Shown: positions 45,401 to 56,823 of the stretch, one piece after another | Numbering within the stretch: position 1 is the first letter of the stretch | Layout: every line of letters starts with the position of its first letter | Assembly: GCF_011386835.1 (NCBI RefSeq) | Contig: NC_088803.1 | Coordinates: 19,220,001 to 19,284,000, forward strand | Source of the DNA: Chrysemys picta bellii | Lineage: Eukaryota | Reading direction: 5' to 3' | Length of the DNA stretch: 64,000 nucleotides | Made by a program: the position numbers and the translations under genes | The notes under the pieces: generated by a model | What the model saw: the letters and a program-made list of their open reading frames with translations, nothing else | Database searches by the model: none | Told to the model about the DNA's origin: nothing

Positions 45401-46155
45401 GAGAGAGCGGAGTTTATTTTGTAGGTAATTCAAATGATCTCAAAGTCTATTTGCCAGGATTGCTATGATGTAAGCAATTTAAAATTTGTTTCATGCTGTC
45501 ATTTTCAGAGCTGCTAGAGAAATAATTTTCTCCATGAAAAGTTTTGACAAATATATTCCATTTTTGTCAAAATATTTCTTTGAAGGATTTCAAGTTTTAT
45601 CAGTTTTTTGATGACCGTCCGTCCAAAAAATTGACCATTAGTTTTTTTTTTTTCATTTTTTCTAAATCTGTCATGGAAAATGTTCAGATTTCATAGACAA
45701 AAATAGAACAAAATTAATTTAGCTGTTTCTTGAGAATAAACAATACATTTTGACAATTTTTTCCTGTTTTGTAAAAGTTTTATTCTTTGAAAATTTTCAG
45801 ATTTTAATCAAAATTTGTTTTTCTTTTAAAACACCCCTCAAAATTTGCTGAAAACAGATTTTTCCACCCAAAATTTCCATGTAGTTGAAAGTCAATTTTC
45901 CATCAACAAATATATTAATAGAATACTTTCAATCATCTCTGAATATTACCTTCAAGTTTTGAACCAGAAGGTAATCTGGCAGATAAGAAAAGCACAGACA
46001 CTAATGGCTTTTCTTGCAGAATTTTGGGTGGGACTTTCAAGGGAGACTAAGAGAATTAAATGCTCAACTGCCATTGAATTTCCATGGGATTTAGGTACAT
46101 GACTCCCTTAAATTCATGTGGAAAACCAAGCCAAAATTCTTAGAAGACTTGTATT

Positions 46156-46157
46156 GA

Positions 46158-46201
<44 letters not shown>

Positions 46202-46202
46202 A
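46156..46202. repeat. (GAAA)n microsatellite
   Basis: About 11 units. Confidence 0.97.
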
Positions 46203-47082
46203 GTCCCCAAATCTCTCAGCCCCCTCACAAAACAACTAAAAATTGCAAAGCCAAGAAACTTAGTGTTAAGGTTAAACTTACAAGAAATCCCAGACTTTTA
46301 AAAGTGTACTCAGGTGTGTGTCATAGGTCCTGTACTGCCAAGCTAATGAATAGTCTCATGTAGTTCAAATGTCACTGGCACCCATGCCTGATACTACAGT
46401 GATGAGAGCAGTAGAAGAAACTAAATAGACTAGACTAGACTAGAATATCATTGGAGCACCTGCTCAAAGAACAGACTAGTTGGGTAGGACAAAGGTGCTG
46501 GTTCCTTACTTCTAAAGAAAACGTCTATAGGACATGTCTATGGGCGGACATATTTATGTCCATGAGAATTTTGCTTTATTAATGACACAGCATTGCTGCC
46601 CACAGCACTAGGACTGGTCACACAACATTATTCATCACCATGGTGACCATCCAAGAGGAGACCTGGATGGATGTATTATGCCAACCGAGGTTAGCATTTC
46701 TCAAAGCATGAAAAATGCTGGTTAGAATAAGGTATAATAGATGGATCCATCTCTAGCTCACCCCTGTCTGCTATTCAGTAGTGTTCATGGGACTACGTTA
46801 GGGTCCGATGTGTTAGGGAAGGAAGAAATCTGTGCCTAGAGCTGCTACGAATTCCCGAGTGGTCATTGTATGACATGCGGTGACATAACCATTCATTACA
46901 TTGCTTAGTGGTTTTGTTACAGCTGGTCAAAACAAAACACCAAATGAGGAGCGAGGATTTATGAAAATATCGTCCAATGATTTTTCAAAAATTTTGGGTT
47001 GAAATTCAAATTTTTGTTGTTGCTAAAATGGAATTGTGGAAATCTTTGATCAACTGTAATCGTGATGCTGGGCCTGAAGTGG

Positions 47083-50072
47083 CTAACCTAGTGAGGAGGG
47101 CTTTAAACTAGGTTCACCGGGGGAAGGAGACCTGAGGTAAGTGGGGAAATGGGATCCTGGGAGGAAGCACAAGCAGGAGAGCGCAAGAGGGGAGGACTCC
47201 TGTCTCATGCTGAGAAAGAGGGACGATCCATGAGTTATCTTAAGTGCCTATACACAAATGCAAGAAGCCTGGGAAACAAGCAGGGAGAACTGGAAGTCCT
47301 GGCACAGTCAGGGAACTATGATGTGATTGGAATAACAGAGACTTGGTGGGATAACTCACATGACTGGAGTACTGTCATGGATGGATATGAATTGTTCAGG
47401 AAGGACAGGCAGGGCAGAAAAGGTGGGGGAGTTGCGTTGTATGTAAGAGAGGAGTATGACTGCTCAGAGCTCCGGTATGAAACTGCAGAAAAACCTGAGA
47501 GTCTCTGGATAAAGTTGAGAAGTGTGAGCAACAAGAGTGATGTCGTGGTTGGAGTCTGCTATAGACCACCAGACCAGGGGGATGAGGTGGATGAGGCTTT
47601 CTTCTGGCAACTAGCAGAAGTTGCTAGATCGCAGGCCCTGGTTCTCATGGGAGACTTTAATCACCCTGATATCTGCTGGGAGAGCAATACAGCGGTTCAC
47701 AGGCAATCCAGGAAATTTTTGGAAAGTGTAGGGGACAATTTCCTGGTGCAAGTGCTGGAGGAACCAACTAGGGGCAGAGCTTTTCTTGACCTGCTACTCA
47801 CAAACAGGGAAGAACTAGTAGGGGAAGCAAAAGTGGATGGGAACCTGGGAGGCAGTGACCATCAGATGGTCGAGTTCAGGATCCTGACACAAGGAAGAAA
47901 GGAGAGCAGCAGAATACGGACCCTGGACTTCAGAAAAGCAGACTTTGACTCCCTCAGGGAACAGATGGGCAGGATCCCCTGGGAGAATAACATGAAGGGC
48001 AAAGAGGTCCAGGAGAGCTGGCTGTATTTTAAAGAATCCTTATTGAGGTTGCAGGAACAAACCATCCCGATGTGTAGAAAGAATAGTAAATATGGCAGGG
48101 GACCAGCTTGGCTAAACAGTGAAATCCTTGCTGATCTTAAACGCAAAAAAGAAGCTTACAAGAAGTGGAAGATTGGACAAATGACCAGGGAGGAGTATAA
48201 AAATATTGCTCAGGCGTGCAGGAGTGAAATCAGGAAGGCCAAATCACACTTGGAGTTGCAGTTAGCAAGAGATGTTAAGAGTAACAAGAAGGGTTTCTTC
48301 AGGTATGTTAGCAACAAGAAGAAAATCAAGGAAAGTGTGGGCCCCTTACTGAATGAGGGAGGCAACCTAGTGACCGAGGATGTGGAAAAAGCTAATGTAC
48401 TCAATGATTTTTTTGCCTCTGTCTTCACGCACAAGGTCAGCTCCCAGATTGCTGCACTGGGCAGTACATCATGGGGAGAAGGTGACCAACCCTCTGTGGA
48501 GAAAGAAGTGGTTCGGGACTATTTAGAAAAACTGGACGTGCACAAGTCCATGGGGCCGGATGCGCTGCATCCGAGGGTGCTAAAGGAGTTGGCGGATGAG
48601 ATTGCAGAGCCATTAGCCATTATTTTTGAAAACTCATGGCGATCAGGGGAGGTCCCAGATGACTGGAAAAAGGCTAATGTAGTGCCCATCTTTAAAAAAG
48701 GGAAGAAGGAGGATCCGGGGAACTACAGGCCAGTCAGCCTCACCTCAGTCCCTGGAAAAATCATGGAGCAGGTCCTCAAGGAATCAATTATGAAACATTT
48801 AGAGGAGAGGAAAGTGATCAGGAACAGTCAGCATGGATTCACGAAGGGGAAGTCGTGCCTGACTAACCTAATTGCCTTCTATGATGAGATAACTGGCTCT
48901 GTGGATGAGGGGAAAGCAGTGGATGTGTTATTCCTTGACTTTAGCAAAGCTTTTGATACGGTCTCTCACAGTATTCTTGCCGCCAAGTTAAAGAAGTATG
49001 GGCTGGATGAATGGACTGTAAGGTGGATAGAAAGCTGGCTAGATCGTCGGGCTCAACGGGTAGTGATCAATGGCTCCATGTCTAGTTGGCAGCCCGTTTC
49101 AAGCGGAGTGCCCCAAGGGTCGGTCCTTTTGTTTAATATCTTTATTAATGATCTGGAGGATGGTGTGGACTGCACTCTCAGCAAGTTTGCAGATGACACT
49201 AAACTAGGAGGGGTGGTAGATACACTAGAGGGTAGGGATCAGATACAGAGGGACCTAGACAAATTAGAGGATTGGGCCGAAAAAAACCTGATGAGGTTCA
49301 ACAAGGACAAGTGCAGAGTCCTGCACTTAGGACGGAAGAATCCCATGCACTGCTACAGACTAGGGACCGAATGGCTAGGTAGCAGTTCTTCAGAAAAGGA
49401 CCTAGGGGTCACAGTGGACGAGAAGCTGGATATGAGTCAACAGTGTGCTCTTGTTGCCAAGAAGGCTAATGGCATTTTGGGCTGTATAAGTAGGGGCATT
49501 GCCAGCAGATCGAGGAACGTGATCGTTCCCCTTTATTCAACATTGGTGAGGCCTCATCTGGAATACTGTGTCCAGTTTTGGGCCCCACACTACAAGAAGG
49601 ATGTGGAAAAATTGGAAAGAGTCCAGCGGAGGGCAACAAAAATGATTAGGGGTCTGGAGCACATGACTTATGAGGAGAGGCTGAGGGAACTGGGATTGTT
49701 TAGTCTCCAGAAGAGAAGAATGAGGGGGGATTTGATAGCAACCTTCAACTACCTGAAGGGGGGTTCCAAAGAGGATGGAGCTCGGCTGTTCTCAGTGGTG
49801 GCAGATGACAGAACAAGGAGCAATGGTCTCAAGTTGCAGTGGGGGAGGTCCAGGTTGGATATCAGGAAAAACTATTTCACTAGGGGGGTGGTGAAACACT
49901 GGAATGCATTACCTAGGGAGGTGGTGGAGTCTCCTTCCTTGGAGGTTTTTAAGGCCCGGCTTGACAAAGCCCTGGCTGGGATGATTTAGCTGGGAATTGG
50001 TCTTGCTTTGAGCAGGGGGTTGGACTAGATGACCTCTTGAGGTCCCTTCCAACTCTGATATTCTATGATTCT
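47083..50072 (+). mobile_element. Young CR1 LINE (end of ORF1, complete ORF2, 3' UTR)
   Basis: Starts in the ORF1 tail ([10 protein letters not shown]); ends ATTCTATGATTCT; TSD AAGTGG at 47077-47082 and 50073-50078. Confidence 0.97.
47149..49989 (+). CDS. CR1 ORF2: AP endonuclease plus reverse transcriptase (946 aa, stop-free, 3-aa deletion in the RT)
   Basis: Endonuclease motifs [30 protein letters not shown]; RT motifs FLDFSKAFD and FADD; [11 protein letters not shown] lacks GPV. Confidence 0.95.
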   Translation: MGSWEEAQAGERKRGGLLSHAEKEGRSMSYLKCLYTNARSLGNKQGELEVLAQSGNYDVIGITETWWDNSHDWSTVMDGYELFRKDRQGRKGGGVALYVREEYDCSELRYETAEKPESLWIKLRSVSNKSDVVVGVCYRPPDQGDEVDEAFFWQLAEVARSQALVLMGDFNHPDICWESNTAVHRQSRKFLESVGDNFLVQVLEEPTRGRAFLDLLLTNREELVGEAKVDGNLGGSDHQMVEFRILTQGRKESSRIRTLDFRKADFDSLREQMGRIPWENNMKGKEVQESWLYFKESLLRLQEQTIPMCRKNSKYGRGPAWLNSEILADLKRKKEAYKKWKIGQMTREEYKNIAQACRSEIRKAKSHLELQLARDVKSNKKGFFRYVSNKKKIKESVGPLLNEGGNLVTEDVEKANVLNDFFASVFTHKVSSQIAALGSTSWGEGDQPSVEKEVVRDYLEKLDVHKSMGPDALHPRVLKELADEIAEPLAIIFENSWRSGEVPDDWKKANVVPIFKKGKKEDPGNYRPVSLTSVPGKIMEQVLKESIMKHLEERKVIRNSQHGFTKGKSCLTNLIAFYDEITGSVDEGKAVDVLFLDFSKAFDTVSHSILAAKLKKYGLDEWTVRWIESWLDRRAQRVVINGSMSSWQPVSSGVPQGSVLLFNIFINDLEDGVDCTLSKFADDTKLGGVVDTLEGRDQIQRDLDKLEDWAEKNLMRFNKDKCRVLHLGRKNPMHCYRLGTEWLGSSSSEKDLGVTVDEKLDMSQQCALVAKKANGILGCISRGIASRSRNVIVPLYSTLVRPHLEYCVQFWAPHYKKDVEKLERVQRRATKMIRGLEHMTYEERLRELGLFSLQKRRMRGDLIATFNYLKGGSKEDGARLFSVVADDRTRSNGLKLQWGRSRLDIRKNYFTRGVVKHWNALPREVVESPSLEVFKARLDKALAGMI

Positions 50073-50714
50073 AAGTGGGGCAGAGTTAAGGGTACATGTA
50101 GCCTGCCCTTCTGCATACCACAGTCCTTTACATTTCACCCAGTAACCCCTGTATTTAGCCAAATAACTTGTATTTGGCTAAATCACCTTCCAGAAATGCA
50201 CCCAGTCTGACTGGATATCAAGAGATGGAGAAAACATCATTTCTCTTTGGAGTTTGTTCCAATGGTGAATCATGCACACCGTGAAAAATTTGTGCCTTGT
50301 TTCCAATATGAATTCGTCTGGCTTTAACTTCCAGCCTTTGGTTCTTCTTGATCAGTGAAAATGACAAAGAACAAACGAAAATTCATATTAAAGCTAAACC
50401 ATTTTTTTTTGTCACCAAAATATATGGGAGAAAAAGGAAAAGAAAGAAGGCAAACCACCAATCAACCGCCCTTCCAAGGAAACAGAAAACAAAACCAAAA
50501 TGTTATTGCAAAAATTTCCTTTAAAAAAACAAAAGAAGAAAGGCCAATTCTGGATACAAATTTTTCACCAGCTCATTCAGGGCCAAAACTCGGTCCACTG
50601 ATGTCAACACTGCAGGACTGGGACCCCCAGCCCCAGAGAAGAAGATTAAAGGAACGAAGTGCCAACTTGCCTTGAATTTCTTGCTCCTGTAGGTTTCAGC
50701 CTAGGTAGGACCAT

Positions 50715-50960
50715 AAGACATAGGATTAGAAGGGACCCCCTGGGTCCTGGCAGCCAGCCCTCTGATATCAGTGGCAATCCCAGCATATTATCCTGTTCAT
50801 AAATTTATCAAGCTCCATCTTCAAGTTGTTAGGTTGTTTCTCCCCCCACTGCTCTTATTGGAGGCTGTTCCCAAACCTCCCTCCGCTGGTGATTAGAAAC
50901 CTTCTCATACCAGCCTCAATTGATCCATGGGCAGTTTATCCCCACCTGTTCTGGTGCCAA
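50715..50960 (-). mobile_element. Old CR1 3' fragment
   Basis: Begins CATAAGACATAGGATTAGAAGGGACC, the reverse complement of a CR1 tail. Confidence 0.7.
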
Positions 50961-51579
50961 CACTGTCCTTTAGCTTCAACAGTCTTTGAAAATCCCACTA
51001 AATCCTTTTAATTGTCTGGCCTTTAGACACACGCTTAAGCTGAGTCAGGGCCTTAATTAGAGGCAGTCTGCCACAGCTTCAACGTGGTAATAAAGAAGTG
51101 ACGCACCCAAGGTCACAGGGTAAATTAGCATTGGGGCAGAAGGACCCCATGAAAGGAAGAATAGTCTGGAGGTTAGAGTGGTTGCCTGGGCTGTGGGATT
51201 GCTCCTGTTCCACTGACCTTCTGCAAAAGTTACGGGCAAAGAGAAAAACACCCACTGAGGAAAGAAAACTTAGAAAGTCAAATCAGAAATGTACATCTCG
51301 TTTATTCTACCACGTCGGACAGGGGAAAAAAAAGGAAAGGAAAAAAAAGGGGGGGGAGAGAACTGAAATTCTGGAATTTCTGCTTTTAACTAAAAAACAG
51401 AAACTGTGGGGAAAAAGTTTTTAGTTTTGGAAAGTTATTAGTTCCCCCCCACCCTGGATTCGTGTTGTGGATTCGACCCCTCCACTCAGGATCTGTGTTG
51501 TGTGTGAACTCCCATTCACTCTGTCAATTTACCTCATGGGGGGCGACTTCCAATCCTTTCCTTCTCACTTGCAGGCCCA

Positions 51580-52551
51580 ATGGATCCTGCTCGGAGGACC
51601 CCAGTGAATCAGTCTTCAGCGGCAATCACTGAGGTTGTCCTTCTTGGTTTCTCCAGCCTCGGCCAGCTGCAGCTGCCCCTCTTCCTCCTCTTCCTCATGA
51701 TGTACATGCTGACGCTGCTGGGGAACGCTCTGGTTATCTTCATGATCAGGCTGGACCGCCACCTCCACACGCCCATGTATTACTTCCTCAGCCACCTCTC
51801 GCTGCTGGAGCTGCTCGTCACCACCACTGTCACACCCACGATGCTCCTTCTCCTCCTCTCCCAGCGCAAGACCATCTCCTTCTTGGCCTGCGCCCTCCAG
51901 GGCTACGTCTACATCCTGGCAGGCTCAGCTGAGGTTCTTCTGCTGGCCGCCATGTCTGTGGACCGCTATGTGGCCATCTGCAACCCACTGCGCTACACGG
52001 CCATCATGAGCGGCCAGGTCTGCCTCAGCCTGGTGTTGTCCTGCTGGATGAGCAGCTTCCTCTTCATCTCGACTTCCATGGTGCTCAAGGCCAGGCTGCC
52101 CTTTTGTGGGCCCAACGCCATCGACCACTTCTTCTGCGACAGCGCCCCCTTGCTAGAGCTGATCTGCACCGACACCAGCCTCCTCTGGGCCCTGGACTTG
52201 GCCATCTCGTCCTTCCTCCTCCTCAGCTCCGTCTCTGTGACAACTGTGTCCTATCTCTGCATTGTCGCCACGGTGATGAGGATGCCCTCAGCCCAGGGCA
52301 GGCAAAAGGCCTTCACCACCTGCACCTCCCACATCATGGTGGCCTCGCTCTACTACGGCAGCTCCATCTTCATCTACGTCAAGCCAGCTGACAACTCCTC
52401 CGCGGGCTTCAACAAGGCAGCCACGGTGCTGAACACGGTGGTGACACCCCTGCTCAACCCCATCATCTACAGCTTCAGGAACAAGGCGGTGAAGGAAGTG
52501 CTGAGGGATGGGATGGGCCGGATGGGCGCTGCCCTCCCTAAGAGTGCTTGA
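51580..52551 (+). CDS. Olfactory receptor, family 6-like (323 aa, intact)
   Basis: NQS sequon; LHTPMYYFLSHLSLLE; MSVDRYVAICNPLRY; HFFCDSAPLLELICTDT; GRQKAFTTCTSH; TPLLNPIIYSFRN; acceptor CACTTGCAG ending 51574. Confidence 0.95.
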   Translation: MDPARRTPVNQSSAAITEVVLLGFSSLGQLQLPLFLLFLMMYMLTLLGNALVIFMIRLDRHLHTPMYYFLSHLSLLELLVTTTVTPTMLLLLLSQRKTISFLACALQGYVYILAGSAEVLLLAAMSVDRYVAICNPLRYTAIMSGQVCLSLVLSCWMSSFLFISTSMVLKARLPFCGPNAIDHFFCDSAPLLELICTDTSLLWALDLAISSFLLLSSVSVTTVSYLCIVATVMRMPSAQGRQKAFTTCTSHIMVASLYYGSSIFIYVKPADNSSAGFNKAATVLNTVVTPLLNPIIYSFRNKAVKEVLRDGMGRMGAALPKSA

Positions 52552-52757
52552 AAGCCAGGCTCCCCACCACTCAGTGCACCGGGATGGACTCGTTCCCAGC
52601 ATCCCTCATGCAGGGATACATGGGATTGAGGGTGGAGAGGAAACCAGAAGACATTATGGGAGTTGGCTGAGAATGCAAGAGCATCAAGAAGGAGTATGTG
52701 GGCCTTCCTTGAGACATACAGCTTTGCCATGGGAAGGCAGAGAGAAAGAAACTATAG

Positions 52758-52795
52758 GAAGAGAAGAGAAGAGAAGAGAAGAGAAGAGAAGAGAA
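52758..52795. repeat. (AGAAG)n microsatellite
   Basis: About 7 units. Confidence 0.95.
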
Positions 52796-53639
52796 TTGTC
52801 TAGTGTCCTCTAGTGGACTAGATCTAGGGGGACTGAGAGTTTTCAAGGGACTCTAAGGCAGTTGGGTGCTCAAATCCCATTGAAAGACAATGGGAATTGG
52901 GAGCCTTAGACGCTTGGGGCAGTTAGACACCTAACTTCCTTTGAAAGTCAATGGAAATTGGTCACTGAACTTCCCTTGGAACTCCCCTTGGAAATATCCC
53001 AGCTTTGGAGACTAGCCGGTGGCTTGTAGAAGACCACGATTTAGCTTTATATGGCTCCACATCTCAGTCCCAGGTCCATTTCCCCAGGACCATACCTCAG
53101 CTCCTCCTCACACCTAGCAACTGAATATCAAATAAAGTCTCTCCTTGTTCCATTCCCAGGCTCTGAGCCATGGGGAATGTAAGAGGGAGAAGACACTGTC
53201 ATTTGGTATGTCACTATTCCTGGCCCTTTCCCTTGACATCAGCCATGATGATTAAGGTGATTCTGCATCTCTGCTATTATTTTACTAACCTTTTTGTATG
53301 GGAAATAGGCTTGCAACCAAAATCCATTCTGAAAACCCACCTCTGTCGTGATATCCCCAGCTCCTCCTGTCTGACCTGGCTGACATTTCTTTCTCTTCTA
53401 AGTTCTCTTGGTTATGATGTGGCCCCTCAACTTGCCACCCGATCCCCTCTCATCTGCCCACTCTGTCCTGTCCAATACCAGAGTGGGATTTTTAAAGAGG
53501 CCTAAGGGGGTTAGACACCTAAATCCCAGCCCTTTGATAATCCCAGCCCTAGAGCGGGAGGCCTTGGAGACAGAGACTATCCTTCTCTGTTACCTGGTAG
53601 CCAGTTTGTTCATTTTATCATTCATTGATTAGTGTGTGG

Positions 53640-54766
53640 TGTGATGTTCTGAGCAATTTATATGAGATGTCATATGTAATCCTTGTGTGCTAAATAGATT
53701 TAAATTTTAGGATTATAGAAGAATACAACTGATAAATATTTAGGAGTAATGAATATGCATTAGGTATATAAGTAAAGCAGGGCTGAAATGCAAGGCCTAC
53801 GGGCTGAGGCCTGTAAGATTTCAGCTTATCCATACTAGGCCAGAGGCTTATGAGTGCTTGACATATGTAGGTGACCAAAGAATAACCATAGGCCAGTAAA
53901 GATCACAAGGCTACTGCGAAAATATGCCAATGGGTGATGCTGCAGAAAATTGACCCCAGTGTATTGTTCAAGTCCATTAGAGACCTTAGTGTGACATCTT
54001 TAAATGCCTGTCCCGACTGCAGGGTACGTGCTGTGTGTAAATGCTAATTAGGAGCTATGAAAAATGGGGCACCCCGATATTCATGGGGTGGGGACATACG
54101 GATAAGGAGAAAAGGGTTGGCACCTTCATGCACATGCATGGGAGTTAGATGGAGTGGGAATTACGATATAAAAGAGTGTCCCTCGTTGGGAAAAGGTGGG
54201 GAAACCTGGGGAAGAACCCAAGCAGGAACTACACCCCTGCTGATGATCAAATGATGAGAAATCCACTAGAATATCTCTGAGGCTGGGGGTTATGATTTCA
54301 TTTATAACTTGTGTGTGGGCATTCATAGGCATTATATCTGCCTGGCTAATCATAACCTTACTCACATTCATCCGAAGAAGTGGGTATTCACCCACGAAAG
54401 CTCATGCTCCTATATGTCTGTTAGTCTATAAGGTGCCACAGGACTCTTTGCTGCTTTTACATAACCTTACTTGTTATTCTAATACAATGTACCATACAGA
54501 CTAGGCTTTGTGCTTGTGAATGTATGTGTGGCCACTGTCCTTGGTCTTCTCATGTTCCTAGCGTCACTAGATCAGGGACAAAGAGCAGAGGTGATTTTCA
54601 CTCTGTGGAGCTCCAAACTGTAGCCCTCAGAGCCGGCCCCATGGTGGTGCAAGATAACCTCACTCAATCTAGTCTAAATACAATAAAAGGCTACCGCCTG
54701 TTTGTCCAGCACCTAGCACGACACGCCCGGGATCATCAGCTGGAGTTGGTCCTTGTGACCGTCACA
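53640..54766 (+). mobile_element. LTR-like element (~1 kb) carrying a nested Penelope fragment
   Basis: TGTGA...TCACA termini; TATA-like GATATAAAAG near 54165; AATAAA near 54682; no TSD found. Confidence 0.55.
54362..54459 (+). mobile_element. 98-bp Penelope-like terminal-repeat fragment with a hammerhead ribozyme motif
   Basis: Matches the reverse complement of 63255-63345; 11-bp TSD CATAACCTTAC at 54351-54361 and 54460-54470. Confidence 0.85.
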
Positions 54767-55670
54767 GAAATAAATCGATGAAGGGAGCTCCTTTTTCCTG
54801 TCCGAGCCGCTCCCAGAGGTCCCATCCCCACAGCTGCTGCTGAGGCAAGGGACCCAGTGACATGGCAGAGGCTGAAGGGACAAGCTGGCCTCCCTTCTCA
54901 TTCACCCAGCAGGGCACAGCTGAGCCGTGCCTATGAGCTGACACTGTGATAGCCGGAGCAGGGGATGAGCATAGTGGAACAGGACAGCAGGGGCGGGGTC
55001 TGAGCCACTGAACACGTTTCCCTGGATCCAGGCTGTACCAGCGCTGGCTGGAATATTCAAAGGAGTGTGAGACAGCTAGGGGCTCCACAGAATTTCAATT
55101 ATGTTTGGGTGCCTAATTCCCTTAGGCCCTGGCCTATGCACATTCTCACACACCTGGGAAGCCAGGGCTTGAACTCCGGGCCTTCCACACGTCTGCTTTC
55201 ACCGCAAGCTGAATGATATTAACACCTAGCTCTTCACTAGCACTTTGCATCAGTAGATCTTACAGTGCTTTACAAAGAGGTTGGTATCATTGCGCCCATA
55301 TTACAGATGGGGAAACAGAGGCACCCAGTGGGCCAATGGCAGAGTTGGGGATAGAACCAGGGGTCCCGAGTCCCAGTGCTCTATCCACTGGACAATGCTG
55401 CCTCAGAAAGCAGCTCAAGCCTTTTGCACTGATGCTAAAGGAAAACGCTGGTGTCTCTGTGCAGTGATGAGTTCTCTATCCATTTCTGGCCATATAAATC
55501 CAGGCTAGCGCACGATAGGCCCTCCTTAGCCAGCATCCCCCCCCCCCCCCACACACACACACAGAGCCTCTGAGATGAGCACACGGAGATACGCCGGGGC
55601 TCCCTTGGCTCAGCTCTCACTGCAGACTCCTGGAGAGGGAGGTTCAGTGATTCCAAGGCCAGATGGGATC

Positions 55671-56823
55671 TGTGACACTGCACTACATAATGCTTTATAA
55701 AAATATGTTTATAAGTGTGAATATAATGTAACTGGAATATGCTTTATGCAAAAAGTCTCTTGTAAGGTATCATTACAAAGCTTATAATCTACTGAGTGTG
55801 GTCATCCTATTTGTATAAACGAACCACTCTTATATCTGAAACTAGAAATATGAAATATAACTCTGAGGGCCTATTGTAATTATGCAACTTGTGGGCCATT
55901 AATGGTGGTTTGGAATCTTGATGGCTCCCATTAACCAGGACAATTGGTTGTAAATGGCTCTGTTTACTTGTAAGTCCTCCTGTATACTTGTGTGCCAGGA
56001 AGTGGGTAATGAAGTGGTCATGTCACCTAAACTGGAATGCATCTTTAACCTGATGCTTTTCTATTGAGAAGGAGGGGTGGGAACCCAGAGAGAGACAAAG
56101 GCTACCTGCTTTGTGCCAAAGATATATAAGGGGGTGGAACAGAACAAAGAGGTTGCCAGTCAGGAAGAAATCCCCAAGTTACCACCTGAGCTGGAACTAA
56201 CAAGGATTGTACCAGGGGAAAGGATTGGGCCCAGACTAGGAAGGAGTCCAGTCTGTGAAAGAAGCTTAGTGGAACATCTCTGAGATTTCATCTGTAATCA
56301 GTTTCTTAATGTATTAGGCTTAGACTTGCATGTTTTTTTGTTTTGTTTTGCTTGGTAACTTTGTTCTGTCTATTATTACTTGAAAGCACTTAAATCCTAC
56401 TTTTTATACTTAATAAACTCACTTTTATTTATTAATTAACCCGGAGTAAGTGATTAATACATGGGGGAGCAAACGGTAGTGCATATCTCTCTATCAGTGT
56501 TATAGAGGGTGGACAATTTATGAATTTACCCTGTATAAGCTTTATACAGAGTAAAACGGATTTATTTGGAATTTGAATACCATTGGGAATTGGGTGTGTC
56601 TGGGTGCTGGAGACAGGAGTACTTGCTAAGCTGTTTTCAGTTAAGTCTGCAGCCTTGGGGACATGGTTCAGACCGTGAGTCTCTGTTGGAGCAGACTGGT
56701 GTATCTGGCTTAACAAGGCAGGGTTCTGAAGTCCCAAGCTGGCAGGGAAAATGGGCTCAGAGGTAGTCTCAGCACATCTGATGACAGTCCCAAGGAGGGT
56801 CTCTGTGACCGAACCCCGTCACA
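55671..56823 (+). mobile_element. Solo LTR (~1.15 kb)
   Basis: TGTGAC...GTCACA termini; perfect 5-bp TSD GGATC (55666-55670 and 56824-56828); same family as 7224-8398. Confidence 0.92.

Noticed and set aside
46480-46910. Non-repeat block checked as a possible OR pseudogene
   Set aside because: The plus-strand frames I translated showed no OR motifs (PMY, MAYDRY, KAFSTC, NPxIY).
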